A stretch of DNA of 64,000 bases. It comes from Raillietiella orientalis. Taxonomy: Eukaryota. The position numbers were made by a program, and so were the translations under genes. Numbering within the stretch: position 1 is the stretch's first letter; each line of letters opens with the position of its first letter. The notes beneath the pieces were generated by a model. It did no database searches. It was not told where the DNA came from and worked only from the letters and a program-made list of their open reading frames with translations. This document shows positions 39,556 through 50,900 of the stretch, one piece after another. The DNA is taken from the NCBI GenBank assembly GCA_036172245.1, contig JAYWIR010000063.1, positions 62,001 to 126,000 on the forward strand. Direction: 5' to 3'.

Positions 39556-41937
39556 TCAGGCTTCCTGTGCCTCGAAGTACTTGTAGGTGGGGTTCTCGTA
39601 GCCGTTGATCTGCATCTGGCTGACGTGCCGCTCCTCAGGGGACGCCGCCTGGTCCACCTCCACGAAGCCCTGCCGGTAGGGTGACCGCAGGGATCGCCTG
39701 CGCAGCACCACCGCGCCGACGATGACGAGAGCGACCAGAGCCAGGCCCAAGAACGTCAGGGTGAAGTACACGGAGCGGCTCTGGTGCGACCCGCCCACCA
39801 GCGGGTACGCGCCAAAGAAGTGGCCGGAGTCCAGGTACAGGGGACCCTGGAAATGAGGCGCGCAGTAGCGGTGTCGGGGAGAGCTCCCCCCGGCGCCACC
39901 CTCCCTCCGCTCTTGGCCGCGGCTCACCTGCTGGCTGTGGACGAGAGAGTGGCTCTGCACGTGGGCCACCGGAATCTCGTGCTGGCGCACCGGGTGCGCG
40001 GAAGAGTTGAAGGTGATCGGGGAAGACCTGGATGCTGGAGCGCCAGGGGTCGCCGTTGCCGCCGTGATGGTGGCGGCCGAGGGGGCGGAGGTGGTGCTGT
40101 TGCTTCTGGATTCGCTGCTAACGGTCGCGGTGGTGGTGGTGGTGGTGGTGGTTGTGGTGGCAACGCTGGGGCCGGCGGCGGCAGCGCTCGGCGAGAACGT
40201 CTGCTGCTGCTGGCGCCTGCGTCCGCCACGGTGCATCTTCTCCTTCATGCGCGCATAGTACTTGGCCGCGTACTCGCGATGCAGGGCGGCGACCAGCTCC
40301 TGCGCCGAAGAGTGAGCGGTGACCGTCCGCGATGGCACGGACGGTTCCTGGAGGCGCAGCTCGTTCAAGAACTTCTCCATGGCGGGCACCAGCTTGGCCG
40401 CCAGGCGCGGGTAGCGGTCCAGCATGGTCAGACTCTGATTGACCATCCTGTCGACGTCTGAGAGGTGGTCAGCCGTCAGGTCGCGCTGGCGGTCGGCCTG
40501 GGGGAAGTCCGACATGAGCAGGTGCTTGAAGTGGGATAGCGTGTGCGTCCTGTCCTTCTGCAATGCCCGCAGGAGCTGCTGGAGGCATTTCTGTATGCGG
40601 TGGGTCTGCAAAGGAACGCGCAGATAGCACCCCTCCGCACCCCGCGTGCCGATGAGGGTCGTTACGTTTCGTCCCTCCTCGTTCAAGGCGCGCGTGTAGC
40701 ACGTCATGGCATCCTTCTTCATGAGGTTGATGTGGGCCAGCACGCGCTGCTGGTGCACAGACTGCAGCTGCCGCCTCTCGGCCGCGCCCTCCTCTTCCAG
40801 GGCGGACACCTTCTTCTCGAACTGCTGTGTCATCTTCTTCTTGAAGCTCTCCGCTCCGTGCACGCCCGTCTCGCGCAGCTCCTGGTAGCGCTCCTCCAGC
40901 TCGGACCACTCCTTCATCAACTGGAGGGGTGGACGGTTGAGCGTCGGCAGATTCGAATGCCAACCCACCTTGGTGATCCTCTCGTGCTGGCGCTTCTCCT
41001 GCTTCTGCTCGGCGGCCTTGAAGAGCGCATGCTCGTTCTTCGGGTCGAACTGCTGGAAGTACGGGTCGCTGGTAACCCGCTCTCCCTTCTTGGACTTGGT
41101 GTCCCATTCGTCTCCGTGGCTGTCCTCCTTGCCATCGGAGGCTTCTTCGTCTTGCTCGTCCTCGTCCTCGTCGTCCTCGTCCTCGTCATCCTCATCTTCG
41201 TCCTCGTCCTCATCCTCGTCCTCGTCGTCGCTGTAATCGTCTTCGTACTTGTCATCGGAGTCCTCGATCCTGTTGTCCAGGTCGCGGGAGTTCTTCCTGC
41301 TCTCGATGGGCTGCGGGCAGCAGACGAACTCGACCCCGCGGAAGACGTCGATCCCGCACGGGATGAGCATCGCGAAGCTCTTCAGGATCATCCCGTGCCG
41401 GGCGCACGCAGCCGCCGCCGTGCCGTTCCACCGCTGGTACTCATGGCAAACGCTCTCATTGTGCATGTGGAGGAACTGGCATCTGTCTGGGACCAGGAGC
41501 GCGTCGCTCTGGAACGGCTCCGCTGCAAGGAGACGAGGATGGACGCAGGTTAGCGTGGGATCTCCACCCAGTGCACCCTCCCCCGCGTTTCCCGCTCCTC
41601 ACCCAAGCAACGGTAGGGCTTCACCCACTGGGAACCACCGAGGCAGTTTTCCTGGCCGACGTGGCACCAGTTGGATATCTTCTGCGGGCTGCTGGCCTCG
41701 ACGATGTTCGTGATGCCCTTGTCCGGGTACACCTAGGAGCGCAAGAAATGGTCAGGCCCAAGCCGACAGGGATGACTGAACCCGACGAGCAGGAGGAGGA
41801 AGAGGAAGAAAGGGGGAAGGGAGGAAGAGAAGAGGAGGAGGAAAAAGCGGGGATGGCATTTTGCCGAGGCCGGAAATGGCAGCATTCTGTAAAGGCGGAC
41901 TTAGGGGAAAAATCCCTCGCTACCACACACCCGTGAG

Positions 41938-41968
<31 letters not shown>

Positions 41969-44900
41969 ACACACCCGACGGGACTCTCCTCCACAGAAGG
42001 TCAAGACGACCCCAAAACTTCACTATCGCAGCTGCTGCTGTTTTTCCGGGTTCGGGAAGCACTCAGGAAGTGCCGACACACCTACAAGCACCCCCCTGGG
42101 CAGCGTTGGAGAGGCTCGGCAAAGCCGCCACACGGAGCGTCCCACAGGGTTCTCCCGCTGCCAGGAACCCGAAACGGGAGGCAAGGAAGCGGAAGGGACC
42201 ACCGCCGATTCGTGGCGAGACCACGAGCATTATCCGGCCACGGACGCAAGCATAAGTCTTGAGAATGTACGCGGACTTTCCCTCCTCCGCATCACCTCAC
42301 TGAGATCCCAAGATCCCAAGAGGATCTTCACCGGGAAGAGAGGGACCGAGTGCAGTGCATCTACGGACGCAGTGCATCTACGGATGAAAAGCCAAAAGAA
42401 ATAAAGAAGGAGGAAGGAAGGAAAAGAGAGCTCCCCACGCAGCGGCGCTGCGAGCACGCTACGTGGGGATTCCTCAGCAGCTTCGCTTCGTGGCCCTGTC
42501 GCCTTCCAGCGCACCGAGCGGGAGGCGCCCCCAGCCACCCCTAGAAAGGATGGCCGCATCGAGTACCAGATATCCTTCACCGGGCGAGTAGCAGCCAAAG
42601 GGAGAAGAAGACCAAGGGGGATGCTTACCTTTTGGCAATACTTCAGGATGTCCACTTTGTTTTTCGAGCACTTCGCCTTCGTATCGATATCAGTCACCCA
42701 CTTCCCGGATTCACTCAAGTATTGGTTGAAATACTGCTCCTTCGGGTTCTTGAGGTCGCAGACCAGGGCCACCTGGGGTTCGAAGCGGTGGGGGGCAGTC
42801 TGCTCCTCTCCCGCCACCCACTGAAACGAGCAAAAAAATGGGCAAAACTGGGATGCGGATGGACCCTGGGAGAGGAAGCTGAAAAACCTTCCGTGGAATC
42901 ACACGGTTCCCACAACGCAGGGTGAGCCCTCTGGAACCGATCCACCCCCAAATCCCGACCTTGAGACGAAACGCAAGGTACCGCGATCTCCTTACCCCCT
43001 TCCTTCGTTTGGAGGCCGGCCGGCCCGAAGCCGCTCCACCCTCCATTTTTAGATTGCATTGTTGGTTGCCGTGCTGATCGCGTGCGCTGACATCACGCAG
43101 CGAAGCCGCACTCGCGGCCGGCCGGACCGAAGCCGCTCCACCCTCTATTTTTAGATTGCATTGTTGGTTGCCGTGCTGATCGCGTGCGCTGACATCACGC
43201 AGCGAAGCCGCACTCGCGGCCGGCCGGACCGAAGCCGCTCCACCCTCTATTTTTAGATTGCATTGTTGGTTGCCGTGCTGATCGCGTGCGCTGACATCAC
43301 GCAGCGAAGCCGCACTCGCGGCCGGCCGGCTTCGAGCGCCGCCCTTCCCTTGCTGCGAACGGCAGGCCGGAAGACAGGAGAACGTATGACCATAGTAAGA
43401 AAGAACAACTTGAATGGGAAAATTCCGGTAAACTGAAAAGCATTTCGCTAGCGATTCCGGAAAAAAACGGGAAAAGATCATCCTTTGCTGCTACGACGAA
43501 CTCCGACTACCGATAGGGCAGGCAACATGCGTGGACGACAAACATCCGTGCAACTGCAAGAGACGAATCGTGGGTGTGATTTCGCTTACAATTGGGTCGG
43601 CGCCCAGGTTCGCCTTTACAGGCACGGCCGAGGGTCAGAATCCGCCCGCGCAAACAAGCGCTCCTAGCGCCACGGAACGAACGCCCGCAGTTTTCCCACT
43701 TGCACGCACCCGTCAATCATACGGAAACCTCGCGAGCAAACCTGGGCGTGCGAGCCCGCACACTGCGAGTTTGTTCAGCAACCCTTCTTTTCAAGACTGC
43801 TTACGTCCGACGATAAATGTAATTTAAGCAATCTCCAGAATCACTGAGCGCGCCAAAGCCTTTGTGTTCCTTGCACGCACGGACTGTACGCCAAGGTCAT
43901 GCCACGTTATTTGTACACATGAGAACTCGAAGAAAAAAACACAAACATCGTAACAACGGCAAAGAGGCACCGACGAAGCACGCGCAAGAGCGACGCTGCC
44001 TGCCGACGGGCCAACTTTCGAAGGCATTTCTCCTGCGAAAAACTTCCGCTGACCGCACCTCTATTCACCAGATGGTTGCAGCTCGGAAACTGCCAGATCT
44101 GAGTTCCACAGAACTGTCCATTAAAGGAATGCAGAGACCCCTGAGCAAGATGCACGCGTTCGCAAGCATGACCTCGCAAGCAAGACTTGCAAACTCGTTC
44201 TCGAAAAAACGACCTCCTGTGATTCTGCACGCAAAATGTGCGGCCTGCACGAAGGTTTTTGCTTACGATCACGCAGTGGATGATGGATCGCAACTATTCC
44301 GCTGATCTTCTTCGTACGGGGAAAGCCGAACGAATGCAGAATGGCGTGTGCCGTTGGAGCTGCTGACCCTGATTGAAAACGGGGCTCGAAGGAGATGAAA
44401 CACTTTCGGATGGAGCTCCATGGTGCACAGCTCGGAATCGGACCGGTCACGGATTCCGGCCGCGGTTTCGCAACCAGGTCCGGAATTTTCCGAAAACGCA
44501 TAAATAAATGCACGCGCACAAATGCCTTCCGCAACACCTGAAGGATTCACTTTTCTCGGGCTCGAGGAAAGTGAAGACACCGCTCTCCGATGCAAACAAA
44601 AAAAAAAAAAAAAAAAAGGAATCAGTAATGATTTGCAACACATGACCTAGCAAAAACGCAGATCAAAAGGAAAAACTCCTATTACTTTTCGTGCGAAATG
44701 GCTTCCCGGTCAAAAGAAGAAGAAAGAAAGAAGGAATGAAGGAAAAACATGTTAAACAGAAGAATGCTTTACGACGTTTCTCCAATCACAGTGACTCGGC
44801 TGAAGAAAATCCGACGAGCACAAATGAAAACTCAGTGGTCAATGGCGTAAAGCACCCTTCCGCGGCTCCACCTAGTAACAGGGAAACGAATAACAGGAAA

Positions 44901-47900
44901 ACCCTGAAACCACTGTCCACGTGAATGAAGAGCGTGCGAGCACATCAGCTTACAAACATTCCACTCACACAATTTACGATGGTATATATCACTTTTCGTG
45001 TCCTTCTTGGTTTCTCAAGATGGAAGGTGGGAACTGATATATACCACGGAAACATCACATTCAGGCCGTAAATCAGATTTTGTTCTGGCAGCTCTTAATT
45101 TCAAAAGTGCACAACTGCACATGGGAACACCGTACTTGCGAAAGAAATACAAACTAAATCTACAAAAAAAAAAAAGACGAAAAAAACTTTCGGAAAAAAG
45201 CGCTGAGCACGACGAGCAGATTCTTAACTGGAGCACACGACTGCTCCGATGCTGCAAACCAGAGAAGAAGCGGCGGACAAACGGTTTTCACGTGTCCTTT
45301 ACACATCAAAATCCCACACGAGCGGTGCTATGGGTGAATGAAACACTTCGTGATGGGCTCGGAATGAACACGACACCGCGCGGAGAAGCGTTGGGAAACT
45401 TCGTGGTGCATAAACACTGCCACTCGCGCTGCCATCTTCCGGATGAAATTTGACATTCCTCCAGAAGTGGGGTTTCCCTCGGAGCAAGAAGTGACCAAGG
45501 AGACGAGCGCTGTGCCGCGGAAAGACAACTGGGGAGAACACAAACATAGGGATTCGTGTCGAATCATTCAAGTGTGTCACTCTGTGCAAATCGGAACACC
45601 CCGGTCAAAAGAAGGGGAACACGCGTGTGCGACCTTCGTCCAACGGCGAATTGTTCGACGATCCGGCAATTTCCTGGAAGCTGGTGCACGTCGCTTGCAC
45701 ACCAACAACTCATTTCGACCTCACGGTGCGACTCGCCCTTCCTACTGAACACCACTCCGCTGTGGTTCACACATCGGAAAGAAGCTGCACGCCTGCAACC
45801 TTCCATCATTCCTACACACAGCAAAGATGCGCGCGCTAACAGCACCCGGAGAGCACTCCTGTAAGAGTGCATGGAGAGGACTTTTGGATAGCATTTTCAC
45901 TTTTTCTTTTTCCCGGCCCTACCACTCCGTGGGCAGGCATGGGATGGAACGAAATTCGACAAAAACGGACGCTGCAGCCAAGAGACAAAGTGACCACTGC
46001 TTAGCGAATCGGCATCAGGAAAAACTGGAGCTGTGTGAAGCGCTGCCCACCGGTCTCAAGTCGCTCATAAGGAGCCAAACTCCACGGCTCCAATTACAAT
46101 GAAAATGAAAAGCCTTTGAAGCTTTCCCAGCATTTGGATGAACAAAGAAGAAGAAATAGGTAAGGATGGGGAGAAGGCGATTCTGCTGTGAAAAGAGGAT
46201 GCGCTCTTACCCCGGGCAGTGTGCGAAGTTCCCCACTCAAAGCGCAATGAGACGCTCGATTTTTTCATCTTCCCCATGCAAAAGTACATTAGTACACTGA
46301 ATTCAACACATCCCACACCGCCAATCCTTCTAAGTGTAGTATGTACTGCAAGGCATGGCTTCAAAGGCACGACCAAATCTCCCACTGGCACACTTCAGTC
46401 CTTTGCTGCACCGTTCGACTGAACCTGAAACCCTCAGCATACAGAGATGCAGTGGAACTGTGGAAGGAAATGTGCGATCAAACGGAGGCTGGAAGCTACC
46501 ACTTTTCGACCACTGTTACCAGCACAGGGGAAATGGTACCAAGGATCTGCCCATGAGGGCACATGGCCTCTTCCGCACTCAACAACAACAACAGCAACAA
46601 AAGAAAAAAAAGAATGAAAGAAATCTGCAGATTGGTTCCGGTGGTGTTTCCCGAGCTTTTTCCTCCTGCAGGCACTCTTTGCATAAACACCCTCAACCTA
46701 CACAAAACATGTCGAAGAATTGAGTTCGCATCCTATTGTGCAGCCTACTCTTTTCTAGGTTAACACACTCACACGCCGAACAGCGCTTATGTATCGGGGA
46801 ATAACGTACACTGTTACAACAACCACGCATGCAATTTCTATTCGCGAAGGCAAGTTGGCATGGAAACGAGTAGGTACAACCGAGCCCACGTACTTACTTA
46901 TCATGCCTTAAATGTCTGACACAGGAGAAGAAGCCGGAAAATCGTTTCCAGACAAGAAAGCCTTTGATTTTTTTTTCTTTTTTTTTATTCTTTCGCGTCG
47001 GTTGCCAACACGCTGCCGCGGCCGTGTCCTCTGTCCAGGCGACGGACGATCGTTTCCGACGTCCACGGGGGCTCCGAAGGGCGGGCATCTCCTCGCAGGG
47101 CAAAAGGTGATGCAGAAGGGATACGGACCGACGTTCGATTCCAAAACGATGCCATTAATTTTCGCGCGACCGCAGGACGAAGGGCAGGGCGGGTGGACGG
47201 CGGATATGGAAAAGCAGCAGCGCGCGTAGCGGAGCGCACCGATCCCTACAGCAAACCTTTGGATTCCTCCACACAGCTAAAGATCTCTTTCTAGAAAAAA
47301 AAAAATAAAAGACTCGCGTTCGGCCTTTGGTGGGCTCGAACTCTCTCCCTCTGCCCGGTTTGGCATTTGCCGCTTTTTTTTTTTCTTTTCTTGGGGGCGG
47401 GGAGGGAGGGGTCTCAAAGTGATGGGGATCCGAATGCCACTACTACCACGGTAGGGGAAGCGAATTCCTGTTCGAATGCAACAACAAGGAGAGACTCGGC
47501 GGATTACATAAGCGTTATGTAATGCATCGAACGCCACCGCCCGCCCGCCTGCACTGCAGCACGGAACAAAAGAGATGCCCGGAATTACGGTAAACCCTGC
47601 GGCTCGGTCACCTCTGGACCACGAGCGGGTCGGAGGTTCCGTTCGCCACCACAAAACTCCCACGGCGGAAAATTCGGGCCCGAGCGAGGGTTAACACGAA
47701 AAACTCCAAAAATTGAAAGTACCTTCAAATTCAGCAGCCCGAAGGAATGCACGAAAAACCACACTGCAGAAAACATTTTTTAGGTACGGCTCAGAAAACG
47801 CACATGATATTTATCTCGTGAGACTGCGAGGCACAACTCTTCTTTCCAAAACGTGCCACATTCTGCACCACACCAAATTACGCTCCACAACTTGATGAAA

Positions 47901-50900
47901 GTACCATACAGTAACTCATCACACACGAAATTGCTTCTTCGATTTCGCTTTCTGCTCCCCTCCTACCATCTATTTTCGAGTGCGGGAACTCGGCGCCGAG
48001 ATCTCATTGGTCCGGCGCCATCCTCGCTATGGATTGGAATCTTCGGGCGGGCGGAATCAGTGGTCCGACGGCAGGTTGCATGTGATGTGGGAAGGATGCC
48101 GTCGCCGGGCGACGTCGGCATCCCCGCGGACCGCTTCCCCGCTCGCGGCGTCGGCGACCGTCGGCGACCGTCGGCGCCCGGAAGAGCGCTCGGAGCCGCC
48201 GGAGAAAGACGTTGCTAGGCGGAGGTGCTCGGCCGCTCCTCCGTGATCGCCGGAAGCTGCACGTCCTCCTCGTGAGTTCCGGCCGCACCGCCATGTCGGC
48301 GGACAATCCCTTTTGTTGACGGAAGAGGTGGGGCACAACATGGCCGAATAAAGCAGCAGCAGGCGTCGGCGGCCACGTTTTGGCACGCTCCCAGCTGCAT
48401 CCCCGTTCCATGCGAGTAGGGGATAAATAAGCAGCGTACCCCATGCCCTTCTTTTTTTTTTTCTTCTTTTTTTTTTTTTCCTTTTTCCAAGAAAAGAAAA
48501 AACAGGTGGTAAATGTTTCCTCCTTCGCATGAATTAGTTAAGGGTTTCCTGTGCGAGGGGCTGCCGTCATGCGAGAGACCATTTAGGGAAGGACACAAAT
48601 TGTGTTCATCTCATCTATTATGTACACAGTTCCAACGTTTTGCGTGGAGGCTCAGCAACTCCTTTAAATTGCCGTGCATCAAAGGCAAGGCTCTGCACCA
48701 AAAAAAGACAAGAAAGATCCTTTTTTAATTTTTTCATTCGGCATCTTCCCTGAAGGTTTTCCAAATGCAGACGCAGCGTCTAGAGGAAAGTGGGTCGAGA
48801 TGAAACCGCCCAAATCTGGAGTTATTCTCTGGAATGCCCCTCCGACAACTGTCCCCACGAGTTTGGGAAGCAGAGTGTTTCCCTCAGGATCCAGGCTTTA
48901 TGCTAAGTGTTTCAAACTGCCAGCATCATTGCCCGTGAGGCGCTCCCATGGAATCCTCCTGTCAGCTCCATGCAAGTGGCAGATCAGTGGAGGCACTGAA
49001 GCCAAATAAGCAGAAATAAACTGAATGTGCTTCAGCAAAACGAGCCGACATCAGTTATGACGCAAAAGGCGTGCATAAATAAAAATGACCTTTTTTCCCC
49101 CATTCTGCTTTCCTTTTTATCCGTTGAAATCTCAGTGCTTGTGATATAACAGATGAGATTCTCAGGTTGTTTGATGTACCCCTCTAAATGAAGTCTCATA
49201 CATTAGGAAGCATTTCAAATTGTCAGTATGTCATATGTTGATAAGTGCAACCAGAAATCTACACTGCAAGCACATCCAACCTTGTTTCTTAAACAGGAAG
49301 GGAAATGCAAATTCTTCTTTCTATTTAAGGAAAGAGAACTTGTGACCTATGGCATTAGTCTAAACCTGTGATTTGTTGGGCAGAGCAGTATCTGTGAATT
49401 TCATCTTTGTGTGCTGAATGAAAAAACCCTTGTCTTGCATCATGGACAAGAAAATCATTCACTGGAAAAATCACCCAAAAGAATGGTTGGGTGATTTGGT
49501 TTGAAATGGATGAAATTCGCAAAGTAAACCTCTTTTTGAAGATTCAATTGCACATACTTTGATGTCTACAAATGCACAAAAAACAGTATCCAATGACAGA
49601 TTGCATTAAAAGAAAAAAAGATTTACCCTTGTTATTTAGAACAGGGGAAACAAGTATGCCAAAATCAAAAGGTTAATTTAAATTAAAATTGTTGATGCTT
49701 AAATTATCCCTGACAAGCTGGGTAGCATTTGCTCCATAACTGGAAACAGCATGGAAGTCACACTCCAAGAAAATGTTTGTATCTTTAAATGAATGTTCCC
49801 TATAGAGAGTCCCAGGAACAAAATCAATGGAATGGAAAGATTGAATTACAAACACATGAACAGTCAGCAGAATCAAAACAAATAAATCCACTGAAAAATG
49901 TGCAGTAAAAGGGCACATGTGATTTGCAATAAGGGAAAATTTCACAGAATCTACACAAAAAGAAATAATTAATTGTTCTTCTTTTAAACAGGAAATGTAA
50001 ATTAAAGGGGGAGGAAGGGGAAGAGATTAACAAAAGCAGTAAATAATCTTAGAGTTCACCAAACAAATTTTGCACCCATGCAAACACCGAGCAAATGAAA
50101 AAAAAAAAAAAAATCCCACCAAATGCATCCAATACCAGCCTGTGAGTTTTTGAAAACACCTGTAAAGGAGAAAACGGTGTTCATCGCATCAGTGTCAACA
50201 CATAATTGGAAAGTGAAGTTTTATTTCAGGACTTTTTGTTTGTTTGTTTGTTTGCGTAGGTTTTGTTATATTACTTGCGCTGAGACATTTGGATATCATT
50301 AGTAAGGAGGAGAGCTGCTGTTTTCGAGCACATCCGAACATCCCCCTCGGCAGATCGCATGCATTTCAGTGGAAAGCGTTGCGCGTGGCGGATGCTCCGC
50401 TGAAGGGTGGCTCAGCCGTGCCACTCTTCGTTCTCCAGCCTCCATGCGTGGACCACGCAGCCTTCGGACCACCCACGGTTTCCGGAAACGTCCGTGCGCT
50501 TCGCTTCCCCTCGCGTGAAGAGCGCGGCACACGCGGGTGTTCGGAGGGGCTGCCGTGTTTGCATTTCAGGGGGAAAACACCCTCGGACCACGCCAAGCCG
50601 TCGTGCAGCCGAACACTTCAGCTCCTTAATAATCGATGAATGTCCATCTTCCGTAACATCCATTCCGACGGCCCCACGACGGTCCCACCGCAAACAGAGG
50701 CTGCACGTGGGTTGCAGCCCTACCTCCGTACTACCAAGAAGGGCAGCTCCGTGGTGCTTTGCTTGCACTCGGAGCGCTTGCGATAATTTAAAGGAAAAAA
50801 AAAAGCTGCGTTTTCCTTCTTTATTACGGAAAAGTCGATAAATTCGAGTTTGGCGAACGATTTCCAAGTCCCTTTTCTCCTGTCCTGATGGCTTTCCTTT

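Noticed and set aside
39556..41466. 636-aa single-exon ORF as the APP protein
   Set aside because: It reads through three GT-AG introns, and removing two of them restores conserved E2 sequence. It also lacks the N-terminal exons.
43070..43112. Hammerhead-like core in the 102-bp unit (CTGATCG...CGAAG)
   Set aside because: Both conserved boxes deviate from CUGAnGA and GAAA.
43014..43329. CRISPR array or repeat-protein gene (ORF 42711-43481)
   Set aside because: No unique spacers and a eukaryotic intronic context. The open frame follows from the unit length being a multiple of three.
46890..47100. Alternative coding first exon of APP at the GTAAGT donor (46897)
   Set aside because: The phase-0 frame ends in stop codons and no signal peptide is encoded. 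A non-coding exon cannot be excluded.
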